A DNA stretch of 64,000 nucleotides from Thermoguttaceae bacterium (GCA_017937685.1 JAGBDD010000238.1:1166-65165); one strand, 5' to 3'; shown: positions 30,478 to 40,609, counted from the stretch's first letter. The notes: generated by a model not told the origin, from the letters alone. Made by a program: numbers and translations.

Positions 30478-32943
30478 ATGTCCGCGTTACTTTTTTTGTC
30501 GCGCTCGAAAACCGCGTTGCGATTCGCCGTTCTTTGGAGCGTTTTCCTCTTCGCCGCGTCGTCGCAACCCGTTTTTTCGCAAGGTTTTTTGATCGACTCT
30601 AAACGTCCTTCGCCCCTTCCTCCAATTTCGGTTCCGGCGCCGCCGCGACCTTCGCTCGAACGCTCGGTTCGCCTCGAATCGCTTTCGGTCGACGCGGAAA
30701 TCGAAAACTCAGTTGCGCAAGTCGTCGTTTCGCAAACGTTTAATAACACCGGCTCGTCGACGATCGAAGCGTCGTTCGTTTTCCCGATTCCTTACGACGG
30801 GGTCGTCGACTCGCTAACGTTTCTCGTTGAAGGCAAAGAGTTTGCGGGTCAACTACTCGACGCCGCCGAAGCCCGCGAACGTTACGAGGCGATCGTCCGA
30901 GAAAATCGCGATCCGGCTTTGCTCGAATGGATCGGAACCGGTCTCTATCAAACGAGCGTCTTCCCGATTCCGCCGGGTCAGGCGCGCACGGTCGAATTGC
31001 GATATACGCAACTCCTTCGCGGGCAAGACGGTTTGACCGAATTTTCTTTCCCGACCAAATGCGCGCGACAAAGCGAAGCGCCGGGAAAAACGAGCTTCGT
31101 CGTTCGAATTGCCGGAGAAACGGAAATTAAAAACGTCTATTCGCCGACGTTCGACGTTAAAGTCGAACGCGTCGCAAACAACATTGTTAAAACAACTTGC
31201 GTTCTTGAAAACGAAACGCCGACGCGCGATTTCCGCTTATTCTTCGATCAAAACGCCGACGAACTTTCCGCGAAAATTCAAAGTTATCGTCCCAACCCCA
31301 ACGAAGACGGCTACTTCCTTCTTCTCGCGTCGCCGAAAATCGTTTCCGAACAAACGGAACGTCCGTCGAAAACGGTCGTTTTTACGCTCGACGTTTCCGG
31401 CAGTATGTCCGGCGAGAAAATCAAGCAAGCGCGCGAATCCTTAAAATTTGTTCTCTCTCGACTTAACGACGGCGATAAATTCAACGTCGTTCTCTTTGGA
31501 ACCGACGTTCGCTCGTTTTCCGAAAATCTCCAAACCGTCGACGCCGCGTCGCGAAATCAGGCGCTCGCCTTTGTCGATTCCGTTCGCTCGCGCGGTTCGA
31601 CCAACATCGAAGACGCGTTAAACGTTTCTTTCGCTCAACTTGCGCAAGACGATTCCGCCAATCCGAAATACCTGTTTTTCTTCAGCGACGGCGAACCGAC
31701 GACCGGCGAAACGAACGAAATGAAATTGGCGCAACTCGCCCGCGAGAAAAACGGCGGCGCGCGCTTCTTCTCCTTTGGTCTCGGTTACGACGTAAACTCC
31801 CGTCTTCTCGATCGTTTCGTTCGCGACGGACGCGGCCAAGGCGAATACGTTAAACCGAGCGAAAACATCGAAGAACGCGTCGCTGCGCTGTACAACCGCG
31901 TCGGCGTCCCCGTTTTCACCGGCGTCGAGTTCCAATTTAAAGCGAAGGAAAACGAGTCGGCGCAATACTTTACCAATCAAATTTACCCGGAGGGGAAAAT
32001 CGACGTTTACGCGGGCGATCAGCTGGTTCTCGTCGGTCGTTACGCGACGTCGGGCCCGATTGAAATCCAAGCGAAAGGCCAAATCGACGGCGCCGAAGTC
32101 GCGTTTTCCTTTGACGGCGCGTTCGCTAACGAAAGCGTCGAATCGACTTACGCTTTTATCGAGCGACTTTGGGCGACGCGCCGCGTCGGCGAAATCGTCG
32201 ACCGTCTCGACCTTGACGGCCCGAACGACGAACTGACGAACGAATTGCTCGAACTTTCGAAAAAACACGGGATTATGACGCCGTACACCGCGTTTTTGGC
32301 CGACGATTCCGTCGCGCTCGACGCGACCGCCGAAAACGCCCGCCGCGCCGCCGGAAATTTCAAACGTCTTGCGGCGCAAACGTCGAATATGTCGGGATTT
32401 GCGCAACGTTCGATGAAGCAGTCGTTCCGCGGCGCCGCCAACCTTGCGGCGGAATCGACGGTCGCCGACGAAATGGCGATGGCGGCGTCCCCCGCGCCGA
32501 CGGCGAGCTTCTCGCAAGGCGGAGGCGGCGGAACGGGAGCGGGCTCTTCTCGTCGTCCCGGTCTGCGCGGTTTGGGGATGAAAAAACTCGCGGCTCCCGC
32601 GCGACCGTCCTTGGCTCTCGACGCCGATTTCGGCGCGGCCGTCGCGGACTCGGAAGGCGCGGAAGCTCCGCAACCGACGGAATCGAAACCGCGCGAAACC
32701 GTCAAAACTATCGGCGGTAAAACGTTTTATTTTAAGGACGGACGCTGGATCGACTCGGCGCTCGACAAAGAGTCGCAAACCTCGCTAACGCCGATCGTCG
32801 TCGAACAATTCGGCGACGAATATTTCGAACTCGTCGGGCGGCTCGGTCGCGAATTTTCACAATACCTCGCGTTCGACGAACCGTCGACGTTCCTTTTCGA
32901 CGGGCGACTTTACCAAATCGAACCGTCGAAAACGTCCGAATAA
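30478..32943 (+). CDS. Secreted VIT domain plus von Willebrand factor A domain protein
   Basis: AAGGAGA RBS. The VIT region is LESLSVDAEIENSVAQVVVSQTFNNTGSSTIEASFVFPIP...LEWIGTGLYQTSVFPIPPG. The vWA MIDAS motif is VVFTLDVSGSMSG, followed by GSTNIEDAL and FFSDGEPT. Confidence 0.85.
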   Translation: MSALLFLSRSKTALRFAVLWSVFLFAASSQPVFSQGFLIDSKRPSPLPPISVPAPPRPSLERSVRLESLSVDAEIENSVAQVVVSQTFNNTGSSTIEASFVFPIPYDGVVDSLTFLVEGKEFAGQLLDAAEARERYEAIVRENRDPALLEWIGTGLYQTSVFPIPPGQARTVELRYTQLLRGQDGLTEFSFPTKCARQSEAPGKTSFVVRIAGETEIKNVYSPTFDVKVERVANNIVKTTCVLENETPTRDFRLFFDQNADELSAKIQSYRPNPNEDGYFLLLASPKIVSEQTERPSKTVVFTLDVSGSMSGEKIKQARESLKFVLSRLNDGDKFNVVLFGTDVRSFSENLQTVDAASRNQALAFVDSVRSRGSTNIEDALNVSFAQLAQDDSANPKYLFFFSDGEPTTGETNEMKLAQLAREKNGGARFFSFGLGYDVNSRLLDRFVRDGRGQGEYVKPSENIEERVAALYNRVGVPVFTGVEFQFKAKENESAQYFTNQIYPEGKIDVYAGDQLVLVGRYATSGPIEIQAKGQIDGAEVAFSFDGAFANESVESTYAFIERLWATRRVGEIVDRLDLDGPNDELTNELLELSKKHGIMTPYTAFLADDSVALDATAENARRAAGNFKRLAAQTSNMSGFAQRSMKQSFRGAANLAAESTVADEMAMAASPAPTASFSQGGGGGTGAGSSRRPGLRGLGMKKLAAPARPSLALDADFGAAVADSEGAEAPQPTESKPRETVKTIGGKTFYFKDGRWIDSALDKESQTSLTPIVVEQFGDEYFELVGRLGREFSQYLAFDEPSTFLFDGRLYQIEPSKTSE

Positions 32944-33023
32944 TTAAGATTTTACCAAACGTTGACACAGCATCGCAACCAATATTGCGACGCCGTATCG
33001 CGTTCGATATAAAATTTTAACGT

Positions 33024-33090
33024 CGCGTCCGCCGCTCAAGCGAAACCGAATCGTCGCGTTTCGTTCGAGCGGCGACGCGTTTTTGGGTTT
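33024..33090 (+). terminator. Strong intrinsic terminator between the VIT-vWA gene and the P-type ATPase gene
   Basis: Imperfect hairpin of about 21 bp: 33024-33046 pairs with 33058-33079, with an 11-nt loop, one bulge and one mismatch. It is followed by TTTTTGGGTTT. Only 44 nt separate the T-tract from ATG 33135. Confidence 0.65.
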
Positions 33091-33134
33091 CGGCTCGCAC
33101 GCCGCAAACTGCCCCTTAACACGAAAGCCAAACA

Positions 33135-35921
33135 ATGCAACTTAAAGGTTTAACGCCTCAAGAGGTTGAAAATAGTCGACGCGAACACGGTTCGAACGCG
33201 TTAACGCAAATTCCGCCGGAACCGCTTTGGAAAAAAATCCTTCACGGTTTCCAAGACCCGATGATTATTATTTTGCTGGTCGCGCTGGCGGTTCAGCTCG
33301 TCCTTTTGGCGATCGGCGAAACCGAGTGGTACGAACCGCTTGGCGTTCTCGTCGCGATTTTAATCGCCAATCTTGCGTCGGCGCTCAGCGAACACCGCCA
33401 ACAAGGAAAAGCCTCCGCGCTTAAAGCCGACGAGGAAGCGAAAGAAACGACGAAAGTCGTTCGCGAAGGCCAACTTGCGGAGATTCACGTCAACGAGATC
33501 GTTGTCGGCGACATTGTGTACCTACAAGCGGGCGACAAAATCCCGGCCGACGGCGGCGTCGTCGAGGGTTCGATCAAGGTCGACCAATCCCCGCTCAACG
33601 GCGAAACGGTCGAAGCGACGAAACGACCGCTCGAGCCGAGCGAAACTTTCGACCCTAAAGACACGCATAACGAGCATTACGGCTATCGCGGCTCCGTCGT
33701 TTGCGGCGGCGAAGGGCATATGGAAATCAAGGTCGTCGGCGACGCGACCGTTTTCGGGCGAATCGCGGCGGAACTGCAAGAAAAGCACGATCGTAAAACT
33801 CCGTTGCAAGTGAAGTTAGCGCATCTCGCCGGGCAAATTTCGAAGTTCGGTTACATCGGAGCAAGCGCTATCGTCGTCGGTATTTTAGCGCGAACGTTCG
33901 TTAGCGGCGAGGCGCCGGCGGACGCGATGGGCTGGGTTCATTTGCTAATGAACGCGATCACGGTCGCCGTTACAATTATCGTTTGCGCGGTGCCGGAAGG
34001 CTTGCCGATGTTGACGTCGCTTTTGCAATCGTTCCAAAGCCTTAAAATGGTGCGCGACAACGTCTTAGTACGCAAAATTCACGGTCTCGAAACGGCGGGT
34101 TCCCTGAGCCTTTTGTACAGCGACAAGACCGGAACGATTACCGAGGGCCGTCTTTCCGTCGAGGAGTTGGCGCTCGGCGACGCGACGACGTTCGATTCGC
34201 TAAAAGACGCGCCGACTTGGTTTACGCCGGAATTTATCGTCGGCGTCGGCGTCAACAACAGCGCGACGGTCGGCGCGGAAAACGCGATTCTCGGCGGCAA
34301 CAGTTCCGACCGCGCGTTAATGTCGTTCCTCGCCGAATCTGGCGCCGCCGACTTAATCGACAAATCGCAAACGTTGCAATTTAACGCGTTCAATTCGGAA
34401 AAGAAAAAGTCGAGCGTCGTCGTTAAAGGCGAAAACGGCCCGGTCGTTTACGTTAAAGGCGCGGCGGAACGCGTCGTCGAACAATGCGACCGTTACCTCG
34501 ACGCAAACGGAGTCGCCCAAGCGTTTACGGACAAGAGCGCGATTGAAAAATATTCGCTCGACCAAGCCGCGCGTTCGATGCGTCTCCTCGCGGTCGCCAA
34601 AGCCGACGGCGAAAACGACGAAGCGCCGCTAACGCTAATCGGCGTCATCGGGATTCGCGACGCGGTTCGCAAGGAAGCGGCGGAAGCCATCGCCGTCGCG
34701 CAAAACGCCGGAATCCAAGTCGTTATGATCACCGGCGACCGTAAGGAAACCGCCGTCGCCATCGCGAAAGAGTCCGGTCTGCTACGTTCCGACGACGAAG
34801 TCGCGCTGACTTCCGCCGAACTTGCCGACAAATCGGACGACGAAGTGAAGGCTATCCTACCGAAATTACGCGTTGTCGCCCGAGCGTTGCCGAGCGACAA
34901 GAGCCGCTTAGTTACGTTGGCGCAAGAACTTAACCTCGTCGTCGGAATGACCGGCGACGGCGTGAACGACTCCCCGGCTCTGAAAAAGGCCGACGTCGGT
35001 TTCGCGATGGGAAGCGGCACCGAAGTCGCGAAGGAAGCGGGCGAAATCACGATTCTCGACGACAATTTCAAGTCGATCGGCAAGGCGATTCTTTACGGAC
35101 GCACGATCTTCAAGAGCATCCGAAAGTTCCTGATTTTCCAACTTACGGTAAACGTCGCGGCGGTCTTGACTTGTTTCCTCGGCCCGATGTTCGGCGTCAA
35201 CGTCGTCTTGACGGTCGTTCAGTTACTTCTCGTCAACTTAGTAATGGACACGTTGGCGGCGTTAGCGTTCGGCGCGGAACCGGCGTTGGCCGAGTATATG
35301 AAGGAAAAGCCGACTCCTCGCTCGGAAGCCGTCGTTACGAAACCGATGATAACGCAAATCCTTTTCGGTTCGTTATTTATCACCGCGATCTGTCTGTCGA
35401 TTCTTTTCGTCGCGCCGGTTCGCGGACTCTTTGAAGCGGACGCTGAGAAAGCGGCGCGAAACGTTGTAAAAATAGAAATTCCCTACGTTGACGACGCCGC
35501 ATCGCTTCAAGTGTCGCTCGCCGAAATCGCGTCGTCCGACGCGCCGGTCGAATCGTCGCAACGCGCTTCGGTTATCAAAATTCGAACGCCTCAAGATCTG
35601 ACCGAAGCCAACGCGGCTTTCGAAGAAGCGAAAATCGACTACCTGCGTTCGGCCGTTTTCGCGTTCTTTATGATGGCGATCGCGTTCAACGGTTTCAACG
35701 CTCGCACGGATAAGACGAACGTTTTCAGCGGGTTGCGGCAAAACCCGACGTTCCTTATCGTCTTCCTCGGCGTTTTCGCGTTGCAGTTCCTTGTCGTAAC
35801 GTTCGGCGGCAAAGTCTTGCACGTTCAACCGTTAAGCGCGTCGAGCTGGTTCTGGTGCGCGTTATTGGCGTTCGCGATCGTTCCTCTCGACCTGCTTCGC
35901 AAAATCGCGTTTAAACGTTGA
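33135..35921 (+). CDS. P-type ATPase, Ca2+-transporting (P2A/P2B-like)
   Basis: N-terminal cation-ATPase motif GLTPQEVENSRREHGSNAL, TGES-type loop PLNGET, phosphorylation site YSDKTGTITEG, MITGDRKETA, and hinge MTGDGVNDSPALKKADVGFAMG. Confidence 0.9.
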   Translation: MQLKGLTPQEVENSRREHGSNALTQIPPEPLWKKILHGFQDPMIIILLVALAVQLVLLAIGETEWYEPLGVLVAILIANLASALSEHRQQGKASALKADEEAKETTKVVREGQLAEIHVNEIVVGDIVYLQAGDKIPADGGVVEGSIKVDQSPLNGETVEATKRPLEPSETFDPKDTHNEHYGYRGSVVCGGEGHMEIKVVGDATVFGRIAAELQEKHDRKTPLQVKLAHLAGQISKFGYIGASAIVVGILARTFVSGEAPADAMGWVHLLMNAITVAVTIIVCAVPEGLPMLTSLLQSFQSLKMVRDNVLVRKIHGLETAGSLSLLYSDKTGTITEGRLSVEELALGDATTFDSLKDAPTWFTPEFIVGVGVNNSATVGAENAILGGNSSDRALMSFLAESGAADLIDKSQTLQFNAFNSEKKKSSVVVKGENGPVVYVKGAAERVVEQCDRYLDANGVAQAFTDKSAIEKYSLDQAARSMRLLAVAKADGENDEAPLTLIGVIGIRDAVRKEAAEAIAVAQNAGIQVVMITGDRKETAVAIAKESGLLRSDDEVALTSAELADKSDDEVKAILPKLRVVARALPSDKSRLVTLAQELNLVVGMTGDGVNDSPALKKADVGFAMGSGTEVAKEAGEITILDDNFKSIGKAILYGRTIFKSIRKFLIFQLTVNVAAVLTCFLGPMFGVNVVLTVVQLLLVNLVMDTLAALAFGAEPALAEYMKEKPTPRSEAVVTKPMITQILFGSLFITAICLSILFVAPVRGLFEADAEKAARNVVKIEIPYVDDAASLQVSLAEIASSDAPVESSQRASVIKIRTPQDLTEANAAFEEAKIDYLRSAVFAFFMMAIAFNGFNARTDKTNVFSGLRQNPTFLIVFLGVFALQFLVVTFGGKVLHVQPLSASSWFWCALLAFAIVPLDLLRKIAFKR

Positions 35922-36021
35922 TTTTACGATTGTTAATCTTTATCGATAAACGCCGATTTCGCCTCGTGGAAAAGCGTTGGAATCGGACGTTTTATTACTT
36001 TTTACGAAAGGAACCGCAATT

Positions 36022-37665
36022 TTGTTAACCTTGTTTTCTCGATGTTTACGTTTAGTCTTAGCGCTGGTTCTTTGCGTCGCGCCGCTTGCCGTTTTCGCGC
36101 AGAACGCTTCGGAAACGCCCGCTTCGCCCGCCTCCGCTCCGACGCGAATCGTCGTTTCGCTCCCGGAAAAACCGGTCGAAATCGCGCCGACAATTTACGG
36201 GCAAATGCTCGAAGACTGCAACGACCGCGTTATTTACGACGGCGCGGTCGGAAAAAACGGCGAGGCGCGACCGCACGTCGACCGACTTTTGCGCGACCTC
36301 GACATTCCGGTCGTTCGCTGGCCCGGCGGCACGTTCGTCCTCGAATACCAATGGGAGCGCGGCGTCGGCCCGGTCGACGAACGCCCGACCGTCCCGGTTC
36401 GCTGTTGGGGCGGCGTCGAGAATCACCGCTTCGGAACCGACGAGTTTCTCGCTTGGTGCGAACGCGTCGACACGACGCCGTACATCAACCTGAACGCGAA
36501 CCTCCACCCCGACCCGGAGATCGGCGGCTCGCTCGAAAAGTCGCTCGCTTGGATCGAGTACGTCGTCGGCGACGCGTCGACGACGGGCGGCCAAAAACGC
36601 GCAAAGAACGGCCGCGTCGAACCTTACGACGTTCGTTACTGGTGCGTCGGAAACGAAGAATGGGGCGGATTCGGGCAAGGCGTCCGTCTGAAGGCCGCGC
36701 AGTACGCCGCACTTTTGGACGTTTGGGCGACGGCGATTCGCGCTCGTTTTCCCGACTTGGAGCTGCTCGGCGTCGGGCACAAAGCCGCTTGGAACGAAAC
36801 CGTCTTGAACCGTTGCGGCGAGAAAATCGACTGGTTGACGCAACATTATTACGTCAACGCTCGAATCGTCGACGGCAAGCTCCTTTCGCCCAATTCGACG
36901 CTCTTCGCGCCGGCCCAAACGGAAGCGCATTTGCGCAAACTCGCGAAAATCGTCGAAGCGGCGAACGTCCGTTTGAACCGTCAAAACCGCCCGATTCGGC
37001 TTTCCGTCGACGAATGGAACTGCCGACACTCCGTTAGCCAAAGCGGTTCGCCGTCGAGATTTACGCGTCAAGACGACCGTCGTCTTTACGATTGCGTCGT
37101 CGTCGCCGGAACGCTGAACGCGTTCGTCCGCACGAGCCCGACGGTCGCGATGGGAACGTATATTTTCCCGGTCAACGGACACGGCGTCGTCAAAACGGTC
37201 GGCGAAAACGACGCGTATCCGACGGCGCTTTACCCGATTTTCCAAACGTACCGCCAAAAAATCGTCGGCGTTCGTTGCGACGCGACGGTTTCCGGGCCCG
37301 GCGTTCGGTCGGCGGACGTCAAATTTGCGCTCGAAGGAGACGCAAGCGGCGAAAAAACGGAACTTCCGGAAACGCTTCCTTACCTCGACGTCGTCGCGGC
37401 GTCCCCGGACGCGACGTCGCTTAACGTCGCCGTCGCCAACCGCTCCTCGACCGAAGCGCAAGTCGCAAACGTCGAACTTCCCGAGGGTTGGATTCCCGTT
37501 TCGAAAAGCGAACTCGTCGCCGACGGAATCGACGCGGCCAACGACGGCGAAAATCGCGACGCGGTCGTTTTGAAGTCGAGCCCGGTCGACGCCGCCGAGC
37601 GTTCGTTCGCCGTTCCGCCTTGCGGTTTTCTCCTTCTCGAATGCCGCCGCGACGTCGCGAATTAA
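36022..37665 (+). CDS. Alpha-L-arabinofuranosidase, GH51
   Basis: IYGQMLEDCNDRVIYDGA, VVRWPGGTFVLEYQWE, acid/base region RYWCVGNEEWGG, nucleophile region RLSVDEWN. The start is uncertain: TTG 36022 (RBS AAAGGA 9 nt upstream, giving signal peptide MLTLFSRCLRLVLALVLCVAPLAVFAQ) or the track start TTG 35977. Confidence 0.85.
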   Translation: MLTLFSRCLRLVLALVLCVAPLAVFAQNASETPASPASAPTRIVVSLPEKPVEIAPTIYGQMLEDCNDRVIYDGAVGKNGEARPHVDRLLRDLDIPVVRWPGGTFVLEYQWERGVGPVDERPTVPVRCWGGVENHRFGTDEFLAWCERVDTTPYINLNANLHPDPEIGGSLEKSLAWIEYVVGDASTTGGQKRAKNGRVEPYDVRYWCVGNEEWGGFGQGVRLKAAQYAALLDVWATAIRARFPDLELLGVGHKAAWNETVLNRCGEKIDWLTQHYYVNARIVDGKLLSPNSTLFAPAQTEAHLRKLAKIVEAANVRLNRQNRPIRLSVDEWNCRHSVSQSGSPSRFTRQDDRRLYDCVVVAGTLNAFVRTSPTVAMGTYIFPVNGHGVVKTVGENDAYPTALYPIFQTYRQKIVGVRCDATVSGPGVRSADVKFALEGDASGEKTELPETLPYLDVVAASPDATSLNVAVANRSSTEAQVANVELPEGWIPVSKSELVADGIDAANDGENRDAVVLKSSPVDAAERSFAVPPCGFLLLECRRDVAN

Positions 37666-37732
37666 CGTCGTTCGCGCCTTTGCCGTTTTTATCGTTCAAT
37701 CGTTCGCTTAACCCGTTTTAAAAAAGACCGTT

Positions 37733-40447
37733 ATGTTCCGACTCTTTCCCGCTCGACGCTCGCCGGCTTTCGCCGTTTTTTCGCTGGCCGTCGCGTTTGG
37801 CGTCTCGTCGCTTTTTACCGACGACGTCAAGTCGCAAACGCCGTCCGTTCCTTCTTCCGAACAAACCGCCGACGCCGTCGTCAAGCCGGACGCGCCGCCG
37901 ACGCCGCTCGCGCTAAAACGTTCGTTCGGCGGCGTTTATCCTCATCTCGCTTGGTTCAACGACGAAGACGAATGCGGAACCGGCGCGGTCGTTCCTTGGG
38001 CCGGGCGCCTTTGGGCGATCACCTACGGCCCGCACTCGCCTAACGGTTCCAGCGACAAACTTTACGAAATCGACGCCGACTTGAATCGAACGACGCGCCC
38101 GGAAAGCGTCGGCGGCACGAACGCCAACCGGCTGATTCACCGCGAGTCCAAGCAACTTTTTATCGGCTCGCACGCGATCGGCGCCGACGGAACCGTCCGA
38201 ACGATTCCGCATTCGCAAATGTTCGGGCGGCACACCGCCGTCGCAAGGCACCTAACCGACCCGAAAAACAAGGTTTACTTCCTCACGATGGAAGAGGGTC
38301 TTTACGAAGTCGACGTGAAAACCCTCGAAGTCAAGGAAATTTACCCCGACGGCAACCGCCCGCGTCCGGACGGCGCCGACGTTCTCCCCGGCTATCACGG
38401 CAAGGGCGGTTACTCGTCGCAAGGTCGGCTCGTTTACGCAAACAACGGCGAAAACTCGGCCGAGGCGCGCGTCAATCCGAACGTTCCGTCCGGTTGTCTT
38501 GCGGAGAAAACGGCGGACGGCGATTGGCAAGTCGTTTTGCGCAAGCAGTTTACCGAAGTAACGACGAAAGGCGGAATCGACGGCGCGGACGCGGAAAACG
38601 CCCCGCTTTGGTCGCTCGGTTGGGATTATCGTTCCGTTATTCTCGCCCTTCTCGACAACGGGAAGTGGAGCTTTTACCGGCTCCCCAAGGCGTCGCACTG
38701 TTACGACGGAGCGCACGGCTGGAACACCGAATGGCCGCGGATTCGCGAAATCGACTCGCCGACCGATTTTTTGGCGACGATGCACGGGCATTTTTGGCGT
38801 TTCCCGAGCGATTTTAGCGCCGCGAAGGCTCGCGGAATCCGCCCGCGCTCGACGTATCTTAAAGTTATCGGCGACTTTGCGTTTTGGAACGGTCGAGTCG
38901 CATTCGGTTGCGACGACGCGGCGAAGAGCGAATTTTTGAACAAATCGCCGCTCAAAGGCGCCGTCGCGGGCCCCGGTCGCTCAAACTCGAATCTTTGGTT
39001 CGTCGAACCGGAAAAACTCGACTCGTTCGGCCCGGCGCTCGGTCGCGGCGCCGTTTGGTTCGACGAAACGGTCAAGCGCGACGCGGCGTCGGACGCCTAC
39101 CTCTTCGCCGGATTCGACCGTCGGAGCGCGTTCGTCGATTTCGCCGACGCGACGCTTCCCCAAGACGTTCAAAACGTTGAGATTACGTTTGAAGTCGACC
39201 GCGACGGAACCGGCGCTTGGGAACCGCTGAAAACGGTCGTCGTCCCGAAAAACGCGCCTTCCCTTAGCGCGAACGCCGACGACGGCGACGCCAGACCGTC
39301 CGACGCAAAACACGGCGCCGGAACCGTTTGGGTCGACTTTTCGGAAGCCGAAACCGGCGAATGGATTCGCGTCCGCTCGAACGCCGATCTCGTCGACGCG
39401 ACCTGCTTTTTCCATTACAAGAACGCCGACGAACGCCCGACGCAAGCCGCGCCGATTTTCGACGGAATCGCTTCGCCCGCCGACGTTTCCGACTTCCTCG
39501 GCGCTCGTTTTTGGGTTCGCGCCGATAACGACCGACTCGCCGTCGTTTCGTCGTTAGTCAAGGACGGCAAAGTCGCCGAAGAACGCTATTACGAACTGAC
39601 CGAAGACGGTCGCCTCGAACGCGTTCCTTGCCGCTTCGAAGGGGGCGAACCCGGAACGATTAGCCGCGTCAAAGCGATGGTCGAACCGCGTCTCCCGGCG
39701 CCGGAAGTCTTTTCAATCGACGAGTTAAGCGCCGTCGTCGTCTTGAACGGGAACCGCTATCGCCTCCCGATCGGTTCCGACGAAGCGGCTCGGGGCGCGT
39801 CGCCCCTTCCTTGCCGACTCGACCGCGAAACGGCGACCGAGCGCGACTTATTCCATTGCGCCGGAACGTTTTACGAACTTCCCGCTCAAAACGCGGGCGG
39901 GTTCGCGAAGATTCGTCCGATCGCGACCGACGGACGGCTTATCGTCGATTACGTTTCCTATCGGGGTTTGCTCGTCCTCGCGGGCGTCGTTTCGCAAACG
40001 GTTCCAAACTCGACGGATAACGCCGCGACCGACGCCGGGCAAGCGTCCGCGCAAGCCCTAAAAGCCGGGCGAATCGTTCGCTCCGACGACGGCGGCGCCG
40101 CGCTTTGGCTCGGTTCGCTCGACGATCTTTGGTCGTTCGGCAAGGCGGTCGGGCGCGGTTCCGTTTGGCGCGCAACCCAAGTCGCGGCGGGAGTTCCGTC
40201 CGATCCGTTCCTTGCGACCGGTTTCGACCGCAAAACGCTCGTTCTCGAAAATCATTCCGACGCCGACGTCGAAATCGCGTTGGAAGCGGACGCGACCGCG
40301 ACCGGCGATTGGCGAGAATACAGCCGCTTCCAAGTCAAAGCCGGGCAAAAAGTTGAGTTCGAGTTCCCCGACTCTTTCCAAGCGTATTGGCTCCGAACGG
40401 TCGCCGACCGCGACGCAACGTTAAGCGCGACCTTTATTTATCGTTGA
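37733..40447 (+). CDS. Secreted 904-aa protein of unknown function (possible beta-propeller plus two duplicated beta-sandwich modules)
   Basis: Signal peptide MFRLFPARRSPAFAVFSLAVAFGVSS. Coherent, non-Arg-biased composition across 904 codons. No motif I can assign. Internal repeat LW..x..FG.A.GRG.VW...FDR...V.. at about residues 430-520 and 800-904. Starts 67 nt after GH51 with no terminator between them. Confidence 0.8.
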   Translation: MFRLFPARRSPAFAVFSLAVAFGVSSLFTDDVKSQTPSVPSSEQTADAVVKPDAPPTPLALKRSFGGVYPHLAWFNDEDECGTGAVVPWAGRLWAITYGPHSPNGSSDKLYEIDADLNRTTRPESVGGTNANRLIHRESKQLFIGSHAIGADGTVRTIPHSQMFGRHTAVARHLTDPKNKVYFLTMEEGLYEVDVKTLEVKEIYPDGNRPRPDGADVLPGYHGKGGYSSQGRLVYANNGENSAEARVNPNVPSGCLAEKTADGDWQVVLRKQFTEVTTKGGIDGADAENAPLWSLGWDYRSVILALLDNGKWSFYRLPKASHCYDGAHGWNTEWPRIREIDSPTDFLATMHGHFWRFPSDFSAAKARGIRPRSTYLKVIGDFAFWNGRVAFGCDDAAKSEFLNKSPLKGAVAGPGRSNSNLWFVEPEKLDSFGPALGRGAVWFDETVKRDAASDAYLFAGFDRRSAFVDFADATLPQDVQNVEITFEVDRDGTGAWEPLKTVVVPKNAPSLSANADDGDARPSDAKHGAGTVWVDFSEAETGEWIRVRSNADLVDATCFFHYKNADERPTQAAPIFDGIASPADVSDFLGARFWVRADNDRLAVVSSLVKDGKVAEERYYELTEDGRLERVPCRFEGGEPGTISRVKAMVEPRLPAPEVFSIDELSAVVVLNGNRYRLPIGSDEAARGASPLPCRLDRETATERDLFHCAGTFYELPAQNAGGFAKIRPIATDGRLIVDYVSYRGLLVLAGVVSQTVPNSTDNAATDAGQASAQALKAGRIVRSDDGGAALWLGSLDDLWSFGKAVGRGSVWRATQVAAGVPSDPFLATGFDRKTLVLENHSDADVEIALEADATATGDWREYSRFQVKAGQKVEFEFPDSFQAYWLRTVADRDATLSATFIYR

Positions 40448-40459
40448 CGTTTGTTTTTT

Positions 40460-40512
40460 CGCCCGCGACGCGCCGAGAACAGCCGCGACGCGGGCGTCTT
40501 CTTCTTTCTCCG
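40460..40512 (+). terminator. Intrinsic terminator after the 904-aa gene
   Basis: CGCCCGCGACGCG (from 40460) pairs with CGCGACGCGGGCG (to 40496) with one mismatch. A T/C-rich run TCTTCTTCTTTCTC follows. Confidence 0.55.
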
Positions 40513-40580
40513 TCGCTCGCTCTTTTTTCGACGTCGCCGCAAAAAAATCGCTCTCTTTTTAAGAAAACCGCGCCCTTTTC

Positions 40581-40609
40581 TTGACGCCCGCCCCTCGCGA
40601 CGGTATAAT
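40581..40609 (+). promoter_or_regulatory. Near-consensus sigma70-like promoter (TTGACG-17 nt-TATAAT) for the response-regulator gene
   Basis: -35 TTGACG at 40581-40586, 17-nt spacer, -10 TATAAT at 40604-40609. The AAGGAG RBS is at 40674-40679 and the ATG at 40685. Confidence 0.5.

Noticed and set aside
32962-32967. Perfect TTGACA hexamer downstream of the VIT-vWA stop as a -35 element
   Set aside because: There is no acceptable -10 at 16-18 nt spacing. The nearest AT-rich hexamer is only ~12 nt away.
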